Assembly (NCBI RefSeq): GCF_036321535.1
Contig: NC_087436.1
Coordinates: 11,842,001 to 11,906,000 of the forward strand
Length of the DNA stretch: 64,000 nt
Reading direction: 5' to 3'
Source of the DNA: Camelus dromedarius
Taxonomy: Eukaryota
The position numbers and the translations under genes are program-made. Of this stretch, positions 25,972 to 39,200 are shown piece by piece (positions within the stretch are counted from its first letter, which is position 1; every line of letters starts with the position of its first letter). Under the pieces are notes generated by a model. That model saw only the letters and a program-made list of their open reading frames with translations. It had not been told where the DNA came from and searched no databases.

Positions 25972-26459
25972 AAAATAGCTATTATTTTTGAAATTACTTT
26001 TTCTTTTCTTTTTTCCCTATTCTGAATCAAAGTTGTTGTGAGCACTGATTTTTTATAGGTAATAACTCTCCATGTATTCATGTAGTGTATACCATGTTTA
26101 TTGAACTCTATTAACTATTATGAGAGAAATAAAATTGACGAGATTCAATTCTACCGTCTAGGAATGTACAGTTTTCTATGGAAGAAGATACACTCAGTTT
26201 ATAATACAATACTACCAGTTTGTGTCTCAAGGAATTAATAAATACTTTTAGGGGACAGGTTAAGATAAGTGGTGGAGAAGGATTTTCCTCTGTATCTTGA
26301 ATGTGCTTTCCTCCTTACATAGTTATAAATAATCCCATTAAATTATTTCAGAAAACTAAAACTAAAACTCCATAACATATGACAAAATTTCGTTTATTTT
26401 TATGGCATTTTATAGTCTTTTAAATAAAATACTTAGCAAGGATAAGGATAGAAAATTAA

Positions 26460-27340
26460 CTTTACCTGGGAGCTTCTGGATAGTCTTTGAAAAGACATCA
26501 CCACCTGAGCTGGTTTTGATGGGTGGAGATGGGAGGAAAATCTCTGCAGACAGAGAGCGACGCACTTATGGGGGAAATTAAGGGCACATTGGGAGGTAGC
26601 AGGGGTTGAAGTTTGGCTGAAGAGTAGAGTAAGTGAAAGCAGAGACTGAGAGTCTGACAGGTGGGTAGAGTCTTATCATGGACATCCTTCAAAATCAAGT
26701 GAAGGAAGGAATTTAGATTTTATTTTCTGCTTCAGCAGTTCCCGAAGTCAGATCTGCAACGTGCTGGCCTCATAAGATGAACTGAGTGTAAGATTTACAT
26801 ATCTGAAGATTCATTGCAGGCCTTACAGTATTTAATATTGTAATGAGAATTCCTATAGTAAAGACCTTTGCTTTACTTAATTTAAACTGGCATTTCCTAA
26901 AGGCTTTTAACTCCATAATCTTTTAAAAATAATAATGTGAAAGGAAGTACTTGGACCTACAGAGAGCTACCGCTGATGTAGCACAACTATGTGTTACTAT
27001 TTTGTGTGTGTTATGTGTATTTGCCCATTTAACCCTTATGACAATTTGAGGTAAGTACCATTATTATTATCCTCGATCCCATGTGTGAAAGCTGAGGCAC
27101 AGGGAGGTTAAGAAACATGTCCAGGATCACAAGATAATAAGTAGTAACTCTGGGACTTGAGCCCATTGGTCTGACTGCAGGGTCCATGTTTTTCATCAGT
27201 GTAATTAACACCTTCAATGCCATGAGGTGAGGTGGGGAGCTCCTGAAGGTTTCTGAGCAGGAGAGTGACGTGCTTGTCACTGATGTAAAGAAGATAATGC
27301 TGGTTGCTTTGCAGAGAGGATGAATAGGTTGAATCCATTA
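26460..27340 (-). mobile_element. L2 remnants interrupted by a MIR (~27025-27190) and a possible hAT remnant (~26735-26960)
   Basis: L2-like ggagggttttgagcag-type motifs, MIR core aaagctgaggcacagggaggttaagaaac, and a cagcagttcccgaa TIR-like start at ~26733. Confidence 0.5.
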
Positions 27341-27344
27341 GGGA

Positions 27345-28830
27345 GTTTTTTTTTCCCCCCTTATTTTACTGTAAAAAAATTTCAAACACACAGAAAAGTT
27401 GAAAGAACAGTACAATGAAAACTTGTATGCCCAGGCTCTAGATTCAATTGTTGACATTTTGCCACATTTGGTTAATGCATTTCTCCCTCCTGAACCATTT
27501 GAAGGAAGGTTGTAGCCATCATGCCTCATCACTGCAAATACTTCAACATGTGAATCCTAAAAATAAGGACATTCTAGGAGGTTGTGTTAAAGTCCAAGTG
27601 AGAGGTAGTAAGCACCCAAACCAGGGCAGTAGCAAGACAAAAAAGAGCTGAAGCAAGAGAGTGTGAATCACCCATTTGAAAATTGGCCAGAAAATAAGAA
27701 AATGCTCAAAGGATGATGGAAACATGTCAAAAACAAAACAAAACGAACAAACAAAAAACAACAACAAAAAAACAAACCTCATGAACTGACTAGAAAGGGA
27801 TCCAATGAACCAAATTCAGGACAATTTGAGCTTCAATGATAAAGAAGCACAGCCAATATAAAAATTCCTTGATTTCATGATAATACTAGAAAGAAAGAGA
27901 GAAAACAATGGATAAAGAGAGAAAATAAAAGCTCTTTTTAAAATCAGAATGCCAGCTAATAAATGCAGAAGAAATGACAGAATTAAAAATTTTCTGTTTT
28001 ATAAACTTCCCAGTGTAATAATTTAAGCGTGGAACATTTCTGAATGCCAAAACTATTAGATGCCAGGTTATTGAAAGACAGAGTATCAACATGGTTTCAA
28101 AGCATTCCACCACATATGACCTGTTAATCCCAATGGGACAAAATACGCCTTTACAGTGGAGTCATCTGGCAGCAAACACTGAACAAAATGGTCGAGTCTG
28201 GTACTGCTGCTAGCAATGGCCTAGTCTGACATTAGGTTCTTTCTGATGTGATACAGTGGGGAAGTATAAAGCATCACCTTCGGGGGGTTCTTGCCAGAAA
28301 TATTTCATCTAAACCTGCTGTAGAAACCATCAAACAAATTCAGAAGGTAGAACATTTTGTAGAACAATTGGCCTGGATTCATCAAAAGATTCAGTGTCAT
28401 ATAGATCAGTGGGAGATGATAGAAGATTAAAGAGATGTGACATCCAAGTGTAATGTGAATTTGGTTAGATCTTGAATTTAAAAAAAAGCCATTAAGGACA
28501 TTTTAGGACAAGTGGCACAGTTTGAGTATGGCTTAGAGGTTGAATGTTGTTATTAACTCATTTTTAAGGCCAGGTAATAGTGTTGGGACAATGTCCTTGT
28601 TTGTGGGGATGTGTGCTGAAGTATTTAGGGGTGAGGTGTCTTGTTCACAACCTACTTTTGGACGGCTTGGCAGAAGGAAGTATTTGTAGGTCCCTAAATA
28701 GAGATAAAGTAGGTGCAACGAGATGATTAACAGTTGGTGTATAGAGAGAAGGGATATAACAATGTGCATTGTACTGTTCTTTCATTTTTGTGTGGATTTG
28801 AATTTTTTCAAAAGAAAAAAGATACTATCT
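27345..28830. mobile_element. Old L1M (L1MC/ME-like) 3'UTR fragments in both orientations
   Basis: aaatttcaaacacacagaaaagttgaaagaacagtacaatgaa (minus) and gctgaagtatttaggggtga...tgtggatttgaatttttt (plus) are typical old L1 3'UTR sequence. Confidence 0.7.
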
Positions 28831-29788
28831 ATGGGAATCATTGGGAGAAAATATTTTTTCCATCCTCTTTTCATGCCTCTTAACTTCCTACCCTTAGTCA
28901 TTGTTCTAGGAAGTGAAAGTTCTGCTTTGACTTGTTAGTTTTGACCCTTGTATGGAGTTTAGGTCTGAGGATTTAGACTGACTCCATTTCTCAGTAGTGA
29001 CAAGGATGTTGCAGGGACAGCAGGTTTGGACTTCTAGGATACAGTTTTTTTCCAGACTCATCTTTGATTAATATGGGAAGTGATAGGAAGGGACTTTGAG
29101 AAGACCTTGATTCTTGTTATCTTCTGCAGCTGCAATAGTGGGTTCCAGAAGGCCAGTGATGAAATCTGATAAAATACATAGCATATTCCTTATGGTTCAG
29201 GGGAGGGCTGGAAAGATTCCTGGAGTAAGTAGAGGGGAAAGACCTTGAGACTTTTTACATGTACATCTGTTAGAGCCATCATATCAGAGCATTTTATAGC
29301 ATTTTGTTTGCTTCTTTTCATTAATAGATTTTGGCAATCCTGACAAGGTAGTCATGCCTTTTAAACTACTTGCAAGAGATGTTCTTGAGTGCCTTCTTCA
29401 CAGGAAAAGATGGTAGAAAGAAAAGGGGGGTTATTTTCTCACAAATTTATTTTCCAAGGGTAAGATAAAACTCAAGTCACAACGCTATAGTTGTCATAGG
29501 TCTTTTGAAAAAGCAGCTGGTAAGTAACAAAATTTCATTAAAACAATTGTTGGATGAAGGAGAAGATGTGTCATGATGAGATTCTTTGCTAAGTGGTGTT
29601 TTTGTACTAAGACGACAGATGTAAATAATGGGTGACCTCAACTGAATACCTTCTATGTACTTCCTTTTAATACAATACTTTGGCATTACTTTACTATTTT
29701 TTCTTCAGAACTCAAGAATACTTTAATGACTCTATCTTAACATTCTTCATGTTTCTATAAAGGGAGAATGTCTGACTTTTATGTTTTT

Positions 29789-29942
29789 ATTGAGTTTAAG
29801 AAGTATTTGGGAGATTGCAATTCTGGTAAGGCATTGGCTTTTAGTTTCCTTCTCTCTAAGAGCAATTGAGTTTAAGAAGTATTTGGGAGATTGCAATTCT
29901 GGTAAGGCATTGGCTTTTAGTTTCCTTCTCTCTAAGAGCAAT
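29789..29942. repeat. Perfect 76-bp tandem duplication
   Basis: 29789-29864 is identical to 29865-29940, followed by a 2-bp 'at' microhomology. Confidence 0.97.
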
Positions 29943-31169
29943 GACACAGCAGATTGAAGATTAATGATGGTTTGGAGAGTACTGGTATGTACAGATTTTA
30001 TTTGATTTCATTGAGTGAATATGCACTGACTGTCCACCATATACCAGGTACTGTGTCAGTGCAGGTAAAAACACAATAAATGGCATTGCACAGGGTCTAT
30101 TTGGTGACTGTCAGTGACACAAGATCACATTTGGAGGTGCTTGGCTGATTCCTGCTCTGATGGTTTTCTTGGACTGACATTACTATCCTCTTTTTTATAG
30201 TATATTAAATCCATAAACAAGAGTACTCTAGCCAGTCCCTTCTTGGACTATTCTAATTTTGTCTCTCACAATTTATTGGGGGAAATGAATTCCATATGTT
30301 TAGTAAAGTTGTTCCAGAATGACCTCCTTTCTGACTCATTTTTAGTATTTTGGGATTTGGTGGTTTGTGTTTATGGTCAACAAATGTGTGCTCTTCATGA
30401 CTTTAATGTCCTTTTTAACACATACACTTTTGCAACCACTTTGTCTTGCAGATGTGAAAATTTTTGCCTTCTTAGCCCATTCTAATTTTTTCTTTACACA
30501 TGTGTGAGATGACTTGACAGTCTTGAGTACCATTAGCTTTCCATCCCAATCCTGTTTTCTATCAAAAAAGAATGTGTAAATGTCCTTTAGGGAGTAGATG
30601 AGAGCAATTTTTCTTTCCTTTGAATAAAAATACATAAATATTTAGAATTACTCTTGCGAAGTTCTAGATCAATCACCCAGGGCTAATGCATCACTTAGGG
30701 AGTTTGGCTAGTGGCGTTCTTGTGAATGGTCACCTGTGTTTACAGAGCTCTCACCATCCCAGGATTCTGCTCTCCTTGGGGGATCCAACATCATTGGTCA
30801 ATTTAACTTCTTTACCTCAGCCATGCTCAGAAAGTCTTGATGGGACAATATTCAAACTGCATTCTCATTAAAATTTTCTCTTTCCCTTATCAGTAAGCAA
30901 AGATCATTTAAAAATTCTTTATTAGTTCTTTCTCAATAGTATGTACTTTATAGGAATGTAGTTTATCATTTATTTCAGAAAAGGAGCTAGGCTTTATTTT
31001 GAGCCGTTCAACCAGCATTGGACTTGGCAGTTGGCGAGACTTCCACTCATCTTTGCCAGCCATGTTTCATATCTGTTTTCCTTCTCACTTCCTTCCTCCA
31101 AACCTTTAAGTCAACTCGCTGACAGTAGAGTTGCATGTATGTATTTTAAAAAGTATTTTCCATTTAACA

Positions 31170-31580
31170 TATTTCAATTTTTGATTTTGTTTTCTACTCT
31201 CCAGTATCACTTAAAATAGTACTATTCCATTCAATACATATGCCACCATTTAATCTCCTGTATTTGGACATTTTCTCATTGTTCATTACTTTAATAGCAT
31301 GGAAATAGTTATTCCTGTAGCTAAAATTTTGAAAATATCCATGACAATTTCTTAGGTCAAAATTTTGGATATGGAGTTACTGTGTCAAAAGTAAGCACAT
31401 CTTAAGGCTTCTTATACATATTTCCAAACATAATTGTGTGAGAATGCACATTTCCTTTCACCCTTGACAAAACTGGGTGTTATAAAAAAAGCCTCTGCTT
31501 GAGTAAGATATATTAAAATGAAATCTCATGGGTGTTTATGTTTGTCTTTCTTTTATTATTAGAAGTTTGAAAATTTTCAT
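31170..31580 (-). mobile_element. Ancient L1M remnant
   Basis: Degenerate tattccatt...ttggacatt...ggagttactgtgtcaaa...tttccaaa L1 3' motifs. Confidence 0.55.
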
Positions 31581-32039
31581 AGATTTTGGTTCTTATTATT
31601 TTACCTTGGGAAAACATCCAATACAATGATGAATTAGGGCCTGAACTATCATAATTGTGAAGAGGCAGTCAGTAATACCAGGAGCCTGAGTAAATGCTCT
31701 TACAGAAAGATAAGAATAAAAAACCCCCAGAAAAATTGGCCTCAAAGAAAAGAGAGATAATTAAAGAATGGAACTAAAACTGCGAAAAATAAAACAAAAC
31801 AAAAAACATACTTTAAGAAGGATGAAAGAATTTACATTCATGATTGTGCACAGAACAATGAATAGATAGTTTGGAAGCAAAACTTAAATCATCTACTTTA
31901 TATATGTGATACAACTCAGCTGCTGGAAACCATGCAAAATGTTTTGAATTGCCCTTAAAATATTGAAAATGTTTTCTGAATGATTTATATTCTTTCCACT
32001 GTAAATTAAAAATGAAGAAAATTTAAAAAGTTTTCCCAG

Positions 32040-35000
32040 CACCAGATATATATCACATCTTCCTTGTCCATTCATCTGTTGATGGACATTTAGCTTGCTT
32101 CCATATCTTGGTTACTGTAAATAAATAAATTCGTGCTTCTATAAACACAGGGGTGCATATATCTGTTTGAATTAGTGTTTTTGTTTGCTTTGGATATATA
32201 CCCAGCAGTGAAATTGCTGGTTCATATGGTAGTTCTACTTTTAGTTTTTTGAGGACCCTCCATACTGTTTTCCATAGTGGCTACAATGACTTACATTCCC
32301 ACCAGTGTACTAGGATTGCCTTTTCCCCACATCCTCACCAACATTGGTTATTTGTGGTCTGTTTGATGATAGCCATTCTGACCAGCATGAGATAATATCT
32401 CATTGCTGTTTTGACTTGCATTTCCCTGGCGATTAGCAATGTTGAGCATCTTTTTTCTTTGCAAAAATGTCTATTCAGGCCTTCTGCCCATTTTTCAATC
32501 AGTTGTTTTTTTCTTTTTCTTTTTCTTTTTTTGGGACTGTGTTGTAAGAGTTGTTTATATACTTTGCATATTAACCCTTATCATTTATATCATTCACAAA
32601 TATTTTCTTCTCTTCAGCATGCTGTCTTTTTGTTTTGTTGATGTTTTCCTTTGCTATGTGAAAGCTTTTAAGTTTAATTAGGTCCTATTTGTTTATTTTT
32701 TATTTTGTTTCCTTTGCCCGAGGAGATAGATCCAAAAAGTATTGCTACAACTTATGTCAAAATGTGTCCTGCCTATGTTTTCTCCTAAGAGTTTCATGGT
32801 TTCAGGCCTTAGATTTAGGCCTTTAATCCATTTTGAGTTTATTTATGTGTATGGTGTTACAGATGGATGAGAATTACTAAATCCTGTTTGACTTCTTTAT
32901 TGCTCCACTGTTTTTTTCTTTTAGTAGCATGTTGTTTACTCTCCACCCCATAAAAAGACCCGCAGGACCCCTAGGCAGGGCCGCTTCTCTCCTATAGCAC
33001 CGTCCGGTTCCCTGGCCCAGAGGCTCTATCTCACTTTTTGCCTCTAAAGCGGCTAACTTACACCTAGAATTCTATTGGTTCCCTGAGCTCACTTCTGATT
33101 GGTTATTTCCTTCACTCCTGATTGGGTATTACTCTCACTTCTGATTGGTTATTACTCTCACTTCTGATTGGTCCACTTTCCTAACTTCTGATTGGTCCAT
33201 TTGTAGTACTTCATTTGCATGGAGCTCACTCCTGATTGGTCTATTTCTACATAGCTTGTTCCTGGTTGGTCAACTTCTGTTGTACTTTATTTGCATATGA
33301 TGTTGCAAAGTGTAAAACTGGCAGCTTATAAAAGGCCTGTGTAAACTTAGAGGTGGGGTCCAGAGCTTGAAGTGTTAACATCTCTGGGCCTGCTGGCGTA
33401 ATAAACCTGAGTTCTCCAACTTTCGGAGTGCTGTTTGGTCTCTCACCTGGATCCAGGTCGCTGTCACAACTGAGCTGTAACACTGAGCTGTAGCACATTT
33501 TTCCCCAACAGTTAGAAAAGATGCTTTGTGTGATTTCCATCCTTTTATACTTGTTGAGATGTGTTTTGTGGCCTAGCATGTGATCTATCTTGGAGAATGT
33601 TCCATGTACACTTGAAAAGAATGTGTATTCTGCTATTTTTGGAAATAATGTTCTGTAGATATCTATTAAATCCAACTAGTTTAATGTGTCCTTTAAGGCC
33701 AGTGTTTACTTATTGATTTTCTGTCTGGATAATCTGTCCCTTAATGTAAGTAGGGTGTTAAAGTCCCATACTATTATTGTAGTATTGTCAATTTCTTCCT
33801 TTAAGTATGTTAATATTTGCTTTATATATTTAGGTTCTCCTATATTAAGTGCATGTATGTTAACAAATGTCACACCCTCTTTTTGTATGATCCCTTTATC
33901 ATTATATAATGCCTTTCTTTGTCTTTTAAAAAAGATTTTGCTTTAAATTCTACTTTATATGAGTATTGCTGTCCCAGTTTCTTTTTCATTTCCATTTTTG
34001 TAAAATACATTTTTCCATTCTGTCACTTTCAGTTTGTGTTTTCATTAACTCTGAAGTGAATCTCTTCTTGGCAGCATATAGATGTGTTTTGTTTTTTATC
34101 TAATTAGCCACCCAATGTCTTTTGATTGAAGGTTTTAGTGTATTGTCATTTAAAGTGATTATTGATAAGTATGTACTTATTGCCATTTTGTTCCTTGTTT
34201 TCTGGTTGTTTTTGTAGTTGTTTTTTCCTTCTTCATTTGGTCTCTTTCCTTGCGATTTAATGATTTTCTTTAGACATGCTTGTTTTCCTTTTTCTCTCAT
34301 TTTTGTGTATCTATTGTAGATTTTTGATTTGTGGTTACCATGGAGTTCATATATGTTGACCTAAAGTTATATCTACTTGTTTTTAAACTTTTAGTCATTT
34401 AATTTTAAACACATGCTAAACAGTCTACATTTTTACATCAACATAAAGATGTAAAATATGACATCAAAAACAGATATTTTACATCTTTATATCTATCCCT
34501 TAACTGTTTATTGTAGTTGTTAATTTTATAATTTTATCTTTTTATTTTTGTACTAGTTTATTTAAGTAGTTGAACCATAACCTTTGTATATATTTGCCTT
34601 TTCTAGTGAGTTTTTCCTTTCTTATAAATTCTTTCTTCTTGTTGTAGACTTTTCTTTTCCAGTTAAAGAATACCCTTTATCACTTCTTATAAGGTCAGTT
34701 TAGTATTGACAAACTTTTTCAGTTTTTGTCTGAAAAGTTCTTTATGCAGCTTGGGTTGTGTGTTGGGAGGGTCCCAGCAAGCCAGTCAAAGCCTCTGGTA
34801 GTTAGTTTTCAATCTGTTTCCTCTGCATTTCCTGGGTGTAAGCAAGCATGTATGTACACTCTTCCCAAAATGGAATCTTGGTTTCTTACACCCCTCAGTT
34901 AAGACCCACTGGTTTTCAAACCAGCTTGGGGACGCTTCTTCCTGGTGTCAGACCCCCATGGTGGGGATGCCCAATATGTGGCTCAAACCCCTTACTCCTC

Positions 35001-35245
35001 AGGGAGGGTCACCACCCATATAATCCCCCTCCTCTTCTGATTCCCCTCCCAGCAGCACAGGTCCTGACCTGATCGCCTCTACTCCCTCTTTACCTGATTG
35101 AGTGAATGTTTACAACCTTGGTTCTAAAAGACTCTTTCTACAAGTCTCCAGGTTGTTTTTAGTTAGCATTGCTCCGCATGTATTTTTAATGTCTTCATGG
35201 GGGGAGGTGAGCTCAGGGTCCTCTTATTCTGCCATCCAGTTGTGT
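32040..35245 (-). mobile_element. LINE-1 with large internal deletions (junctions ~32860-32890 and ~34745), interrupted by an LTR
   Basis: ORF2 3' antisense 32040-32860, EN region (DLIDIYRTL...YTFFSSVHGTFSKIDHMLGHK; STYLSIITLN), 5'UTR 34745-35245 ending in gccatc. Confidence 0.9.
32948..33495 (+). mobile_element. ERV LTR (5' end unclear) with CCAAT array, octamers, TATA and poly(A) signal
   Basis: Seven ATTGG at 33074-33235, ATTTGCAT at 33213 and 33289, TATAAAA at 33327, AATAAA at 33400, ends ...gctgtagCA. L1 sequence on both sides. Confidence 0.85.
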
Positions 35246-35264
35246 TTTTTTAAAAGAATATCTT

Positions 35265-35500
35265 AGTATACTGGTTAAGTGGGAAACTGTAGTCAGACTG
35301 GCTAGGTTAGCTTCTTATCCTGCCGCGTATTAGCTGTGTAGCTTAGGCAAGCAAGATACCTATCTCCTGTGCTTCTGATTCTTCATCTACAGAGTGAAGA
35401 TATGGATGGCACCTAGCTATAGGACTGCTGTATATTGAATTAATATATGTATAGGTTTAAAGTAGTACCTGGCATGTAGTGCCCTCTCTATAAATACTAA
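35265..35500 (+). mobile_element. MIR
   Basis: ggttaagtgggaaactgtagtcagactggctaggtt...tagctgtgtagcttaggcaag...cttcatctac...agtacctggcatgtag. Confidence 0.75.
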
Positions 35501-35595
35501 TTTTGATTACTAGCAGGCTACTTTTAAATTTAAGTTTAATAGAGATTTCAGTATCTTCATGATGCATAGGCACACATTTAAAGCGGGAGTACTAA

Positions 35596-35597
<2 letters not shown>

Positions 35598-35636
<39 letters not shown>
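35598..35636. repeat. (CA)n microsatellite
   Basis: Directly visible. Confidence 0.97.
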
Positions 35637-35637
<1 letters not shown>

Positions 35638-37969
35638 CCCTGGAATGTATCTTTTAGGAACATATTATAGTTTTCTTGGCATAAACAAATCTCTGTTTGG
35701 GTAATATGCTTGTCCAAACTTTTCACTTTCACGATCTGATTTTAATAGTGTTTCTAACACAGGCAAGGTTCTTTATGCTTCTTTTCAAATCCTCTTAGTT
35801 TTATCTTGAGATCTAATGTTAAAATATATGAAATAGTTCTGGTTATCATTTTGGTTTAAAAATGATCTTTTTGTTGAAATACAAAATGAAGGTGTAAAGA
35901 TATTAGTTATTGTCAAAGCTTTCTTGTTCTTTCTGGCTGGAAGTCTTGTTTCAAACTTTGGGCTCTGAAAAAGACCCATTATAGTTATATGTCTTTGCAA
36001 TCAACAGCATTCATTTGTTACTTGCTGTCTGTAAGAAATTTTGTTACGCACATGCAGAATACAAAGAAGTTTAAGAAAAGTTCTTAACCCTTACTGAGTT
36101 GATGGTCAAAGAGAAGAAAGACAAACATATCAAATGATAAACAATTTTAGACATGCCACTGAAAAGAATATGCTGAACTTCCAGTTGTGAAGTTAGACAG
36201 TTGAGATAGCCATTTCATTGTGTAGTGCCAATTTATGTCAAAGGGAAATGCACTCAGTGTAAAAGTTCATCTCTTAAGATGGAGAATTTTTTTAAGTTTG
36301 GAGTTTTGCTTAACTTTAGAATTGCTGGATTTTGGTTCTAGGTTAACAGTTTTCTAAGAGTCTGGCAATCTTATGTGTGTGAATGGGAGTGAGAGGAGGT
36401 CTGGTTGTGACATTTTGATACTTTTGAGAAACTTTGTCATCTAAATTACAAAAGGCTGCCTGTCATACAATGGTTCATCTAATAGACTCTGTAAAAATTT
36501 CCTCAAATTATTATCATAAACTTCATATATGCATTCTAAACTTGTAGATTGTTTTAGTGTGATAAATATTCAGAATGTTCCCAGTTTCTTCTTTCTTTAC
36601 TATCTCATTATACATAGCACAGGGGAGAACTTGCGGCACATTAGTCATGTCTCTGTAAAAGATATATTGCTTTGACTCAAAACTCTGAGCGCAGAGAAAA
36701 GCAACTGGCAATCTCACAAGTTAGAGACAAGCTTAGTAAGAAAATATTATTTGTCAGCAGCATTCAGATGTTGTTTGGCCTTTTATTCTTGAGTTGATTA
36801 TATTTAGTACTCTTAAAACTTAAACAGTTATGTTGAACATGCCATGTCAACTTAATGAGCTGGGTGCAAGTTCAGGCACAGATCTCATGGGACCACGTGT
36901 CTGGTAAAACATGGCAGCCTCCTCTTTCCTGGCTCACAGCCAGCACAACACAATCGTGCTGTCAGGCGAAACAGCCTTACAACTGGCTTTCCTCAATTCC
37001 TACAGCTTGTTTAGAGACATAGGTCAAAAACAAGTCTCAGTGGTCCTTGGTAAGTTGTCTATGAACTTGCCTGCAGGACATCTGCAGCAAGAAGCAAACT
37101 CAGCAATTAACCAGGGAGCTTTATTAGCTGGCTGACTAACTACTGTTTTTCCTAGAACCGTCTGGCATGCATGTTGTAACAAGGCCCTGATTAAAATTAT
37201 ATCTGATTAAGGTGGAAAACGCTCACAATGTTCTGTTTAAAAAGTGAAATGACTCAAAGATGACTTTTTAGTGTGGATAAAATCAATGACATTGCCCTGG
37301 TAATGTGCTGAACCAGTGATGGACTCCCAGCCATGGTTTTATCAAGCAGTTGAGAATTGCAGCCTGGAACCTGTGACAGTAGCATGATCTATGATTAGCT
37401 TCAAGATGACGTGTTTTACAAGTTTATGTGCCAAGACAGAGAGACATTATTCATGGGTATGTGTAATAGTGAAATTTGAAGAGCACAGGAAAAATTATCA
37501 ACGGTTATTTTCCAAGTTCATGCAATGTAAACCCATTTCACATAAAACTAGCATTGGCAAGTGCGTACTGCTCACAGGTGATAAAGTGGCTATGGTTGCT
37601 GAAGGGGAAAACTCGATCCTTCCTAATTAGGAGTCATTAAAGGCAGTAAGTGATCCTAAATTTACTGTCAAGACACAGTTATTGACTTTACCTTGCATTC
37701 TATTTTATCAGTTAATGTAATTCTTCAGATATTCTTTGCTTGCATCAAAATGCATTTGAAAAATTGATATTGACATTTATTATTTGAAAAATGAAGGAAG
37801 AAAACATTGAAAGAACTGGCCTGTATCACTTAATTTGCTTCTCCAGAGTATGTTGTACAGGTCTTAAAGTCAATACAGTGCCGTTTAGTTTGTTTTGTGC
37901 CCCTCTACTCTACCTCACTCCTATCTTTTGTATTTAGCATAATGTGTGGTATACAGTAAACATTTTACC

Positions 37970-39200
37970 TGTTAATTTATTTGACAAGCAATTACTAAGC
38001 ACCTACTGTGCACAAACATGATGCTAAGTACTCACGATTCACTAGTCAACAGACAGGGGGCCTGACTTAAATGACTTTGGAGGGTCATGCGGACAAAATT
38101 AAGAGGAATCACAATGGCGTTCAAGAGTGGCGCTATGAGAAATATGGTGGGATTGGAAGAAATTAGGAAAGGCTCTTTGATGGAAGTGATGTCCAACTTG
38201 AGGTCATAGGGTTAAGAGGACGATGAAAGTGAAGAAGATTTTGGGGAAAGGGGCCAGCCATGGAATGCCTAGAGGCCTGAGAGACAATCTTTTGAGCCTG
38301 ACGTTTTGCATGTTGAGGACTGTGTGACAGGAAACGTGAGAGCTTATTTGTTGGATTTCTTTTCACTGACAGCAGAGAAGTTAACATTGATATGACATAA
38401 AGGAAAGCATTGTCCAACATGCTCCTCTGATTTGACCACTCTTACCTTTAAAATACTAGAATTTGAATGCCTATTTGAAGTACTCAAAAATCCTTATTCA
38501 TGTTTGGTAGGATGGACTTTTTGATGATGGTAAAATTAATTTTATCTTGATTACATATTTTTCTACTTAAGCTCTAAATAAGCCATGTGACTGAATCTCA
38601 GTATTCTCAGAGGGGTACAGTATGGCTAAGTATAGGGCATATCGATAGAGGAGATTAATCATGAGGAACTGGGCTGGAGAGTTAGACATAGACTGAATAA
38701 TGGAAGCCATTCCCCTTGTGGAGTTGACTTTATCCAGGAAGATTGTTCCATTGATTTTGTTGTTGTTGTTGTTTTGAAAGGATCACCCTAGTCGCAGCTG
38801 GAAAATGGAGAGGAGGAGGAAAGATTGGTGGCAGGCAAAAGGTAAGATATTGTCATATATGAGACATGAGGAAAGCCCAAATAAAGGGCATGGGAGGGTA
38901 AATGAGGAGAAGAACATGGGCTACATAAGGGAGATGGACTTGAATATGGCCGGTGAACAAAGGAGAGGGGTCAGAGAAACCCCTGTGATTTTGGCTTGGG
39001 AGACAAGGTGAACGACAAAAGCATTAAGGTTGGGCATATGGAAGGTCACGGTCAGGGCACAGATGCGAGTTCCATTTTGGAAAATGTTTGCAGTGCTAGA
39101 ACAGATCTATCCCAGAAGTGGGTCTGTGATTGTGTCATTAGAAGAGAGGCGGAATTTGAAGGAGTGGATTAAGCATGCAGGAGAAAAAATAGAATTTGGG
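37970..39200 (-). mobile_element. L2 remnants
   Basis: caagcaattactaagcacctactgtg (L2 3' end antisense) and aaggatcaccctagtcgcagctgga. Confidence 0.55.

Noticed and set aside
29130..29224. AG...GTAAGT-bounded 95-nt plus-strand segment
   Set aside because: Donor exon side is weak (GGA|gt), two frames are closed and there is no other support. Such pseudo-exons are common.
33085..33240. Periodic repeat superficially like a CRISPR array
   Set aside because: Eukaryotic LTR enhancer repeats of ~23 bp with no unique spacers and no cas genes.
33247..33675. 142-aa ORF beginning with L1 endonuclease sequence and continuing in novel sequence
   Set aside because: Chance read-through from decayed L1 EN into the antisense LTR. 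No evidence of a domesticated fusion gene.
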